Shown one piece after another: positions 9,149 through 18,358 of a stretch of 64,000 nt of DNA. The notes under the pieces are model-generated. The model saw only the letters and a list, made by a program, of their open reading frames with translations, did not search any database and was not told the origin of the DNA. Origin of the DNA: Oscillospiraceae bacterium (lineage in GTDB: Bacteria > Bacillota > Clostridia > Oscillospirales > Oscillospiraceae); NCBI GenBank assembly GCA_017552325.1, contig JAFZQE010000037.1, forward strand, positions 4,926 to 68,925. The letters are read 5' to 3'. Both the position numbers and the translations under genes were made by a program. How positions within the stretch are numbered: position 1 is the stretch's first letter; each line of letters opens with the position of its first letter.

Positions 9149-10461
9149 TGAAGAAAACGGCGCTTGCGCTGCTGCTCTGCCTGCTTCTTTCGCTGCTCGC
9201 GGGCTGCGGCAGCCCCTTTGTGGCAAGCTATTATCACGAAACGGACTATTCCCAGCCCGCACCGCAGCAGGACACGCAGGAGAAGGGCGAGATGGTCACC
9301 GTCAAAAACGCGGCCGAGCTCAAATCGGAGCTTCTCGCCCTGGTCTATGCCGGCGTCGAAGAGAGCAGCATCGCCTTTGACCCCGCCTACGAGGGCGACA
9401 GCCGCGGCGACCTGGACGCCTTCTGCGGCACGATGCACCGGGACGACGCGCTCTGGGCCTACTGCGTGCAGAACGCGCGCTATGAGATCTCCCACATCGT
9501 GACGCACGACGAGGCGGACATCCACATCGAATACGCCCCCTCGGCGCTCCCGGTCGACGAGGTCATGAAGCTCAACTACGCCGTCGGTCTGGACAGGATC
9601 CTGCGCACCGCGATGGAAGACGACAGCCGCCGCCTAGTCATCCTGATCGGCAACAGCAGCTACAGCGCGGACTCCATGGTCGCCCTGGTGAGCCGCGTCT
9701 ACCGCAGCGACCCCTCCTGTTCGGTGACCGAGCCCTCGGCGGACGTTTACATGTACAGCGGCAGCGGCCGCCAGCGTCTCTACGACATCGAGCTCAACTA
9801 CGGCCTGGACGCCGAGGAGCTGCAGCGCCGCCGCGCGGAGCTGAGCGTTTTTGACAGCAATTCGCTGCTGGGCGAGGACCGCAGCGACGGCATGCGCGCG
9901 CTGGATCTGGCCCGGTACTTCGTCGACAACTGCGTGCTGTCCGGCCTGAGCAGCCGCAGCACGGCCTGGGACGCGCTGATCGGCGGCAAGGCCAACAGCG
10001 AGGGCCTGGCCCTGGCCTACGTCCAGCTCTGCCGCCAGCAGAACATCTCCTGTCAGATCGTCTACGGGCAGTATCAGTGGCGCGAGCACTGCTGGAACAT
10101 CATCTCGATCGACGGGCAGCACTATCATGTGGATCTGGCCGCCTGCATCCGGGACGGCATCGGGAAGGGCTTCCTGCTCAACGACGAGAGCATGTGGGCG
10201 GAATACCGCTGGGACACCTCGTCCTACGACATCTGCGCAGGCCCCCTCGATTACTGGGTGCTGACGGGGGAGGAGCGCGAGCCGGTCATGCTCATCCCGG
10301 CCGAAACGGAGGAGCCCGCCGAGACCGAGGCGCCGGAGGAGTCTCCCGAGCCGAGCGGGGAGCCGACCGAAGAGCCGACGGAGGAGCCGACCGAGCCCCC
10401 CGAAGAAACGGAAGCGCCGGAGGAAACACCCGCGCCGACGGAGGAGAAGCCGGAGCCCTGA
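9148..10461 (+). CDS. Lipoprotein with a transglutaminase-like (papain-fold) domain and a Pro/Glu/Thr-rich C-terminal tail
   Basis: Lipobox LLAGC. Core block SEGLALAYVQLCRQQNISCQIVYG...HCWNIISIDGQHYHVDLA. Tail EPTEEPTEEPTEPPEETEAPEETPAPTEEKPEP. The ATG overlaps the upstream TGA. Confidence 0.7.
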   Translation: MKKTALALLLCLLLSLLAGCGSPFVASYYHETDYSQPAPQQDTQEKGEMVTVKNAAELKSELLALVYAGVEESSIAFDPAYEGDSRGDLDAFCGTMHRDDALWAYCVQNARYEISHIVTHDEADIHIEYAPSALPVDEVMKLNYAVGLDRILRTAMEDDSRRLVILIGNSSYSADSMVALVSRVYRSDPSCSVTEPSADVYMYSGSGRQRLYDIELNYGLDAEELQRRRAELSVFDSNSLLGEDRSDGMRALDLARYFVDNCVLSGLSSRSTAWDALIGGKANSEGLALAYVQLCRQQNISCQIVYGQYQWREHCWNIISIDGQHYHVDLAACIRDGIGKGFLLNDESMWAEYRWDTSSYDICAGPLDYWVLTGEEREPVMLIPAETEEPAETEAPEESPEPSGEPTEEPTEEPTEPPEETEAPEETPAPTEEKPEP

Positions 10462-10500
10462 GCGGCCCTTCCGGACGGTCCGGAGGAGGGAAAATAATGC

Positions 10501-10528
10501 TTGACAAATCAGCAAACTGTGGTAAACT
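10501..10528 (+). promoter_or_regulatory. Promoter for tRNA-Gly (TTGACA-16-TAAACT with an extended TG)
   Basis: TTGACA at 10501-10506, TGgTAAACT at 10520-10528, about 15 nt upstream of the tRNA 5' end. Confidence 0.6.
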
Positions 10529-10543
10529 ATCACCGTTGCTGAT

Positions 10544-10619
10544 GCGGGCATAGCTCATCCGGTAGAGCGCCACCTTGCCAAGGTGGAGGTAGCGAGTTCG
10601 AGCCTCGTTGCCCGCTCCA
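10544..10619 (+). tRNA. tRNA-Gly (anticodon GCC), CCA encoded
   Basis: 76 nt. Acceptor stem GCGGGCA/TGCCCGC, anticodon loop TTGCCAA (GCC at 10577-10579), T-arm GCGAGTTCGAGCCTCGT, 3' CCA. Confidence 0.93.
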
Positions 10620-10620
10620 G

Positions 10621-10657
10621 AAAAGTCTGTTGCGAATTAGCAACAGACTTTTTCTTT
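10621..10657 (+). terminator. Intrinsic terminator after tRNA-Gly
   Basis: AAAAGTCTGTTGC (10621-10633) pairs with GCAACAGACTTTT (10640-10652), followed by a T-rich tail. Confidence 0.75.
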
Positions 10658-10717
10658 ATATCGTCCGTCCGTTTTGCAGACGATGCCGATCTGGGCATAT
10701 CTCTGGCAGAGGAGCTT

Positions 10718-11041
10718 ATGAGGATGAAATGGTTTGAAAACTACGATGCCTTTCTTGAACTATTTGAGAAGCATGAACTTCCGATTGATGAGACTGTCTT
10801 TCATTTTCGGTCGACAGAGTCGATGGGATCGCACTGGATCGGCTATCTGCCTGAGTTTGAAAAGCCATATTGGGCTGGCTACTGTGATGTTCCCGACAGC
10901 TGTGAGTTCAACTCCGCGGAGGAACTGTTTGAGGCGAAAATCTATGACGGACGATCCATTCATGATCGTTGGGAGGAAATCGTGATCGACGAAATCGGCA
11001 TGATACCGGCCGATAAATATTTAGAATACTATGACAAATAA
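10718..11041 (+). CDS. Hypothetical acidic cytoplasmic protein (107 aa), AT-rich gene
   Basis: ATG 10718 follows GGAGC. The longer track ORF from 10583 overlaps tRNA-Gly and was trimmed. I recognised no family motif. Confidence 0.5.
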   Translation: MRMKWFENYDAFLELFEKHELPIDETVFHFRSTESMGSHWIGYLPEFEKPYWAGYCDVPDSCEFNSAEELFEAKIYDGRSIHDRWEEIVIDEIGMIPADKYLEYYDK

Positions 11042-11044
11042 AAT

Positions 11045-11129
11045 GCGCCTGTGGTGAAATTGGCAGACACGCTGGATTTAGGTTCCAGTTTCGTGAGAAG
11101 TGCAGGTTCAAGTCCTGTCAGGCGCACCA
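11045..11129 (+). tRNA. tRNA-Leu (anticodon UAG), long variable arm, CCA encoded
   Basis: 85 nt. Acceptor stem GCGCCTG/CAGGCGC, anticodon loop TTTAGGT, variable arm, T-arm GCAGGTTCAAGTCCTGT, 3' ACCA. Confidence 0.92.
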
Positions 11130-11136
11130 TCAAAGA

Positions 11137-11175
11137 AACCTCTTTTGTCTACCAAGGCAAAAGAGGTTCCTTCTT
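11137..11175 (+). terminator. Candidate terminator after tRNA-Leu
   Basis: AACCTCTTTTG (11137-11147) pairs with CAAAAGAGGTT (11158-11168). The tail CCTTCTT is only partly T-rich. Confidence 0.5.
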
Positions 11176-11338
11176 GCGTTTTGGGCGATTAACGGGCAAA
11201 ATACAGTGAAATCGGGCTTCGGGAGCGGTCGATCTGCTGCTGCGGTGCCCGTTTCTTGCGTTTATGCCCCGAAAACGGCAAAAAATGCTGGTGTACTATT
11301 TGCGTTTCTTTGCTCTGCAAAGAAAGAACAAAAAGATG

Positions 11339-11360
11339 TAGGAGGCAGGACTTGAACCTG
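11339..11360 (-). other. tRNA 3'-half-like remnant (T-arm plus acceptor-like tail)
   Basis: The minus strand reads CAGGTTCAAGTCCTGCCTCCTA. Its first 15 nt are identical to the T-arm of tRNA-Leu (11103-11117). No matching 5' acceptor strand was found upstream. Confidence 0.4.
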
Positions 11361-11437
11361 AAAGGCTTCATGTCTCTTGTGTTTCATTTCAAGTTATGCT
11401 ATCATTATTAATCTAAACGAAATTATGGAGGCTTATC

Positions 11438-11920
11438 ATGGGAGCAAAACTCTTATCTGCAAAGCGATTTCTCACAATTGCTCTAATGATTTGTTGTATG
11501 GCGATGTTATCTGCCTGCATGGGCAACGACGAGAAATCCTTTGATTCTTTAAATAAAAGCTTTCTTCGCGATTTTAGCGTAATTGAAGCAGCGGTAGTGA
11601 ATGAACAGTATGATGATGCAACATCTTTAGGATGGATCAAGAGCGTAGATGTAAGTGATGGCTATGTAGATTTTTACTGCGGTGGCAGCGGAATGGGAAG
11701 TCAGACTAATTATACAGGTTTTTTCTTTACACCTGATGACGACCCACTTGCAATGTGGAGTAAAAACGACCCTGTTCATCATGTTATGACTGCCGCAGAT
11801 TTTATTGAAACCGTGGATGGGTGGGAGTATCGAGAACGTGATCACAACGCAGGAGGGGATAATGTGTTTATCGTCAGGAAACTTGCCCCTTGTTATTACT
11901 ACTACTATTTGCACTTCTGA
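11438..11920 (+). CDS. Hypothetical lipoprotein (160 aa), AT-rich gene
   Basis: RBS TGGAGG. Signal peptide with lipobox MLSAC. No recognisable domain. Confidence 0.55.
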   Translation: MGAKLLSAKRFLTIALMICCMAMLSACMGNDEKSFDSLNKSFLRDFSVIEAAVVNEQYDDATSLGWIKSVDVSDGYVDFYCGGSGMGSQTNYTGFFFTPDDDPLAMWSKNDPVHHVMTAADFIETVDGWEYRERDHNAGGDNVFIVRKLAPCYYYYYLHF

Positions 11921-11998
11921 TTGCATGCTTGTTAATCAGCATGGTGTACTTTTCGGCGTACTTTCTATGCTTTGGCGTCCTTTTGGGCGGTCTTACAC

Positions 11999-12030
11999 AA
12001 AAAAGCACCCCCGACGGGGGGTGCTTTTTT
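11999..12030. terminator. Bidirectional terminator between convergent genes
   Basis: A6, then GCACCCCC (12005-12012), loop GACG, GGGGGTGC (12017-12024), then T6. Confidence 0.8.
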
Positions 12031-12040
12031 GGCGCGATTT

Positions 12041-12676
12041 TTATCCCTCGATCAGGGTCAGTACTTTGGAATAGATCCGGTCGGCAAGCGGCAGGGCGCG
12101 GGCAAGCAGGGCCTCGCCCTCGGCGCGGCAGGCGCTGACGAAGGCCTCGTCCCGGATCGAGCCGATGTTGATCAGCACGTTCAGCCAGGCGCCCTGGATG
12201 CCGGCCTTGAGGCTCAGCGCGGCGGCGCCGAGGTCGCTGGAAGCGCTGTCGTTGAAGCCGCGCTCGAGCAGATCCTCGGTCAGCTGAAGCGCCTCACTGC
12301 AGAGCTGCATCATCTCCATCGGCGTCTCGGTGCAGCCCTTGAGAGCCAGCTGGATCGCGGCGGAGCGGGCGGCCTTGTCCTCAGGCGTCTCCTTCGGCAG
12401 CGCGAAGGCGGCGCTGACGCGAAGAAAGGCCTCGGTGTCGCGGTCCATCACGTCCAGGAGCTTTGCGCGCAGCGCCTGCTCTTTTTCCTCGACCTCCGCG
12501 GCGAAGGGCGCGAACTCGGCATATTTCTTCTTTGAGCGGGTCAGGCAGGCGACCATCGCGGTCAGCGCCGCGCCCAGAGCGCCGGAGAGCGCCGCTGCAG
12601 AGCCGCCGCCGGGGGCGGGGGCGTCTGAGGCCAGCAGCCCGGAAAAGTCGCTGACGGTCATTTCAGAGAGCTTCAC
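12041..12676 (-). CDS. Formimidoyltetrahydrofolate cyclodeaminase / cyclohydrolase-family protein (FTCD C-terminal domain type)
   Basis: Helical protein with APAPGGGSAAALSGALGAALTAMV near the N-terminus. Overlaps the stop codon of the upstream formimidoyltransferase gene. Confidence 0.8.
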   Translation of the reverse strand: MKLSEMTVSDFSGLLASDAPAPGGGSAAALSGALGAALTAMVACLTRSKKKYAEFAPFAAEVEEKEQALRAKLLDVMDRDTEAFLRVSAAFALPKETPEDKAARSAAIQLALKGCTETPMEMMQLCSEALQLTEDLLERGFNDSASSDLGAAALSLKAGIQGAWLNVLINIGSIRDEAFVSACRAEGEALLARALPLADRIYSKVLTLIEG

Positions 12677-13605
12677 GGCCTTTCCTCCTCTCCGCTTATC
12701 ATGTCGATCAGATGATATTCCATCACCTGCTTGTGGCAGTCGAAGTTCTCAAGCTTCAGATAATACTCGGCGCAGTCGACGAGCGCCTTGGCGGGCGTGA
12801 GGCCGACGAGCTCCGAGCCGACGATCTGCACGCCGTAACGCTCGGCCAGCGCGCGCACCATCTCGTAGGCGTAGTAGAGCGGCGTGCCCTCGTAGTTGAC
12901 CATGTTCATCGAGACCTGCGCGATGTTCCGGTCCTCGAGCATGATGCCGATGGCCTTGCAGTATTTGAAGCCGCCGGAGGAGCCGCGGACGGCCTTGGCG
13001 ATGGCCTTGGCGATGTTGAGGTCGGAGGTGCCGAGGTTGATGTTGTAGGCGATCAGCGGCATGCGCGCGCCGATGGCGGTGACGCCCGCGGTCGGGTGGA
13101 TCCTGCGCTCGCCGAAATCGGGCGCCCAGTCCGGCTCGAGCAGCTTTTCGGGCATGCCCTCGAACTGCCCCTTGCGGCAGGCGGCGAGATTGCGCCGTTC
13201 CGGGCGCGTCGCGGAGTCCTCGTACAGGAAAGAGGGGATCTGAAGCTCCTCCCAGATGCGTTTCGCCACGCGGCGGGAGAGTTCGACGCATTCCTCCAGC
13301 GTCACGTCCTTCTGGGGGACGAAGGGGATGACGTCGGTCGCGCCCATGCGGGGGTGCTGCCCCTCGTGCTTCGTCATGTCGATGGTCTCGGCGGCCTGCT
13401 TCGTCAGACGGAAGGCGACCTCCTCGATCGCCTCGGGCGAGCCGATCATCGTGAAGACGCAGCGGTTGTGGCTGCCGTCGGTCTGAACGTCGAAGAGCGT
13501 GCAGCCGGGCACGGAATTGGCCACGTCCACGAGACCCTGAAACACGGCCTCGTCGCGCTCTCTGCTGACGCTGAAGTTGGGGATGCATTCTACGAGCTTT
13601 GCCAT
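12673..13605 (-). CDS. ftcD: Glutamate formimidoyltransferase
   Basis: Start trimmed to MAKLVECIPNFS (ATG 13605, behind AGGAGGATC). ECIPNFSVSRE and MGATDVIPFVP blocks. The longer track ORF from 13839 has no RBS. Confidence 0.85.
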   Translation of the reverse strand: MAKLVECIPNFSVSRERDEAVFQGLVDVANSVPGCTLFDVQTDGSHNRCVFTMIGSPEAIEEVAFRLTKQAAETIDMTKHEGQHPRMGATDVIPFVPQKDVTLEECVELSRRVAKRIWEELQIPSFLYEDSATRPERRNLAACRKGQFEGMPEKLLEPDWAPDFGERRIHPTAGVTAIGARMPLIAYNINLGTSDLNIAKAIAKAVRGSSGGFKYCKAIGIMLEDRNIAQVSMNMVNYEGTPLYYAYEMVRALAERYGVQIVGSELVGLTPAKALVDCAEYYLKLENFDCHKQVMEYHLIDMISGEEERP

Positions 13606-13642
13606 AAAAAAGATCCTCCTGTGTATTTGTTTGACCGGCTTC

Positions 13643-13671
13643 ATTATACAACCCGCGCGCCAGGAATTCAA
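13643..13671 (-). promoter_or_regulatory. Promoter for ftcD-cyclodeaminase (TTGAAT-17-TATAAT)
   Basis: On the minus strand: TTGAAT at 13671-13666, 17-nt spacer, TATAAT at 13648-13643, followed by a 37-nt leader. Confidence 0.65.
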
Positions 13672-13716
13672 TCGCGAATTGTCCCTCAAAGCGGGCAAAG
13701 AAAAGCAAAGCGATAC

Positions 13717-13744
13717 TGTACAATTCCGAAAAATGTGATATACT
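13717..13744 (+). promoter_or_regulatory. Promoter candidate for hutU (TGTACA-16-TGaTATACT)
   Basis: TGTACA at 13717-13722, extended -10 TGATATACT ending at 13744. Confidence 0.5.
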
Positions 13745-13791
13745 GAATATTTGGAAAGCAATCCCGAAAAGGGATCGGAATATTTGGAAAG
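13745..13791 (+). promoter_or_regulatory. Two perfect 14-nt direct repeats (GAATATTTGGAAAG) flanking a small hairpin; candidate operator or leader element
   Basis: Repeat copies at 13745-13758 and 13778-13791 (33-nt period). Hairpin ATCCC-GAAAA-GGGAT at 13761-13775. Copy 1 sits at the predicted +1; copy 2 abuts the RBS. Confidence 0.45.
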
Positions 13792-13804
13792 TGAGGAACC
13801 CGCC

Positions 13805-15826
<2,022 letters not shown>

Positions 15827-15837
15827 GAGCACAGGCT

Positions 15838-16032
15838 CCCTTTTGCAAAAGGGAAGATTCCCCCAGCGGGGGAAATGTCCGCGAAGCGGACAAAAGGGGG
15901 GCGGACGCTGTCGAGCGCAGCGAGACTGAGGGTTTCCCAATCCATGATTCACTGAGATCAATTTAATGGAAACCCTCCGTCATCCGGCTTGCGTGAGAAG
16001 CCGGATGCCACCTCCCTTCTTCGGAAGGGAGG
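15838..16032 (+). repeat. Array of seven closely packed hairpins in the hutU-hutI spacer (REP/BIME-like element or structured intercistronic RNA)
   Basis: Hairpins at 15838-15853, 15860-15872, 15877-15891 (GCGAAGC core), 15906-15922, 15928-15937 paired with 15968-15977, 15981-16007, and 16011-16032 (TTCG loop). Confidence 0.7.
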
Positions 16033-16068
16033 CTTATCATATTGGATTCATTTCAGAAAGGATCGCTT

Positions 16069-17292
16069 ATGGAACGCCTTTTGATCAACAACATCGGCCT
16101 ACTGGCGACGCCGGAAGGGAATTCTGCTCTATGCGGCGGGGAGCAGGGGAGCGTCCGCTTTCTCCGCGACGCCTGGGTGCTCTGCGAGGACGGCATGATC
16201 ACGGCTGTCGGCACGGGCAAAGCGCCCGAGGCCGAGCGCGTTCTCGACGCGCATCAAAAGCTCGTCACGCCCGGCCTCGTCGACGCGCACACGCACCTCA
16301 TTTTCGGCGGCTGGCGGCAGAACGAGCTGGGGCTCAAGCTGCACGGCGTGAGCTATCTTGAGATCCTGGCAGCGGGCGGCGGCATCCTCTCCACCGTGCG
16401 CGCGACCCGCGCCGCGACGGAGGAGGAGCTCGCCAACAAGGCCCGCGCCGCGCTCGACGAGATGCTGCGCCTCGGCGTGACGACCGTGGAGGCCAAGAGC
16501 GGCTACGGCCTCGACCTCGAGACCGAGCTGCGGCAGCTGCGCGCGATCCGGCGGCTCGACCGCGAGCATCCGATCGACCTCGCCGCGACCTTCCTAGGCG
16601 CGCACGCCGTGCCCGAGGAGTATAAAAATGACCGCGAGGGCTATATCCGCCTGCTGTGTGACGAGGTCATCCCCGCCGTCGTGCGGGAGGAACTGGCGGA
16701 GTTCTGCGACGTGTTCTGCGAGACCGGCGTTTTCTCCGCAGAGGAATCCCGCCGCATCCTCGAGGCGGGCAAAAAACATGGCCTGATCCCGAAGATCCAC
16801 GCCGACGAGATCGACCCGATCGGGGGATCTATGCTGACCGAGGCTGTCGGTGCGATCTCTGCCGAGCATCTGATCGTCTGCCCGCCGGAGGGGATCGGGG
16901 CGATGGCCCGCGCCGGGACGGTGGCCTGCTGCCTGCCCGCGACGAGCTTTTATCTGGGCTCGACCTTCGCGCCGGTGCGGGACATGATCCGGGCGGGCGT
17001 GCCGGTGGCCCTGGCCTCGGACTTCAACCCCGGCTCCTGCCCGAGCCTGAACCTGCAGTTCGTGATGAACCTCGGCTGCCTCAAATACCGCATGACCCCG
17101 GAGGAGGTGCTGACTGCCGTCACGCTCAACGCCGCCGCCGCGATAAACAGAGCGGACCGCATCGGCTCCGTCGAGCCCGGCAAGCAGGCCGATCTCGTGA
17201 TCTGGGACGCGCCCGACCTCGACTACGTCTGCTACCGCCTCGGCTCGAACCTCGCCGGGCGCGTCGTCAAGAAAGGAAAACAGGTCGTATGA
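16069..17292 (+). CDS. hutI: Imidazolonepropionase
   Basis: ATG 16069 follows AGAAAGGA. Metal-binding motif DAHTHLIFGG, plus HADEI and DFNPGS. Confidence 0.92.
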   Translation: MERLLINNIGLLATPEGNSALCGGEQGSVRFLRDAWVLCEDGMITAVGTGKAPEAERVLDAHQKLVTPGLVDAHTHLIFGGWRQNELGLKLHGVSYLEILAAGGGILSTVRATRAATEEELANKARAALDEMLRLGVTTVEAKSGYGLDLETELRQLRAIRRLDREHPIDLAATFLGAHAVPEEYKNDREGYIRLLCDEVIPAVVREELAEFCDVFCETGVFSAEESRRILEAGKKHGLIPKIHADEIDPIGGSMLTEAVGAISAEHLIVCPPEGIGAMARAGTVACCLPATSFYLGSTFAPVRDMIRAGVPVALASDFNPGSCPSLNLQFVMNLGCLKYRMTPEEVLTAVTLNAAAAINRADRIGSVEPGKQADLVIWDAPDLDYVCYRLGSNLAGRVVKKGKQVV

Positions 17293-18260
17293 AAAAGCTT
17301 GGTTATTTCGTCCGTCTGCTCTGCCTTATCCTCGCGCTGCTGATGCTGAGCGGCATGCTCGCCGCCTGCGGCTCGCCGTCGAAGCCGAAGATCGAGGAGA
17401 ACACGGGCTGGATCGCCGAGACCTATCCCTACGTCGTGCATATGAAGTCCGCCACCTGGTATTTGGCGGCGGACGATATCGCCCTGCTGGGCGAGGAGGC
17501 CTTTTTCGAGGGCCTGAATGCGATCCTGGAAAACCAGGAGCAGGACTTCGCCGACGCCCGGGAGGCGCTGAAGGGCTATATCGATGACGATATCCCCCCG
17601 ATCGAGATCCGTACGGATTTCTGCGGCAAGGCCGGCATGTCAGAGACCGCCGGCGCGTACTACAACGGGGAGATGAATTACATCAAGCTCTTCGGCGGCT
17701 GGGACGACGCATGCAGCACGCTTCTCCACGAATACGTGCACTATCTGACCCTGCACTGCGCGCCGCAGCCGGCGAGCTTCGGCTTTTATTCGGAGGGCGT
17801 CGCCAATTACATTTCGATGATCGCCTGCAAAAACCGCATGGCCAGAAGCGTCAACAGCGGCATGTCGGAGGAGCAGCTCGCCTTTTACAAGGCCAGAGGC
17901 GCCTGGGACGAGAGCGAAGACTGCCTCGATCCGATGAAGTTTTACTACGGCACCGCGCAGTTTTTCGCGTTGGGCGGCATGGTCGGGATGGAGTATTTCA
18001 GCGTGTCCGATATCTGGGAGCCGCGGTACGAAGAGCTGCCGAGCCCGGAGATCTGGCACGTCTCCCATCCCGAGGCGGCCTGTATCATGGCCTGGCTGAT
18101 CGAAAGCTGCGGCCGGGACACGGTCATGCAGAACCTGAGCACTTCTCCGGACGACTTTGAATCCGTCTGGAGCCTGCCGTTTCCCGAGGCCTATCAGAAA
18201 TGGCTCGTCTGGAATACGCAGAAATGCGTTGAGCTCGGGCTGAACGTCGCCGCCGGCTGA
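17289..18260 (+). CDS. Lipoprotein with an HExxH motif (putative zinc metallopeptidase-like protein)
   Basis: ATGA start/stop overlap with hutI. Lipobox LAAC. HEYVH within TLLHEYVHYLTLHC. Confidence 0.6.
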   Translation: MKKLGYFVRLLCLILALLMLSGMLAACGSPSKPKIEENTGWIAETYPYVVHMKSATWYLAADDIALLGEEAFFEGLNAILENQEQDFADAREALKGYIDDDIPPIEIRTDFCGKAGMSETAGAYYNGEMNYIKLFGGWDDACSTLLHEYVHYLTLHCAPQPASFGFYSEGVANYISMIACKNRMARSVNSGMSEEQLAFYKARGAWDESEDCLDPMKFYYGTAQFFALGGMVGMEYFSVSDIWEPRYEELPSPEIWHVSHPEAACIMAWLIESCGRDTVMQNLSTSPDDFESVWSLPFPEAYQKWLVWNTQKCVELGLNVAAG

Positions 18261-18298
18261 TCGGGAAAAGAAAAGAGACCGCCGAGTCCTTTCCAATG

Positions 18299-18345
18299 AA
18301 AAAAGAGGCAGATTCGCTGACATTTAGCGAATCTGCCTCTTTTTT
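18299..18345. terminator. Bidirectional terminator
   Basis: A6, then a 14-bp perfect stem GAGGCAGATTCGCT / AGCGAATCTGCCTC, then T6, between convergent genes. Confidence 0.85.
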
Positions 18346-18358
18346 CAATTATTCCGTC

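Noticed and set aside
10583-10717. The N-terminal extension of track ORF 10583-11041.
   Set aside because: It overlaps the 3' half of tRNA-Gly and its terminator, so the start was moved to ATG 10718.
11189-11371. A 60-aa minus-strand ORF in the AT-rich islet.
   Set aside because: It has no RBS, its 5' end is the tRNA-like remnant, and the product is a basic low-complexity peptide. It is probably non-coding.
10501-12030. An integrated prophage or genomic island at the tRNA genes.
   Set aside because: No integrase, recombinase, phage genes or direct att repeats were found. Only the compositional anomaly and a T-arm remnant remain, and these are reported as low-key findings.
15966-16361. A 131-aa ORF starting inside the hutU-hutI hairpin array.
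   Set aside because: It overlaps hutI out of frame, has an Arg/Ala-rich artefact composition, and its start codon lies within a stem.
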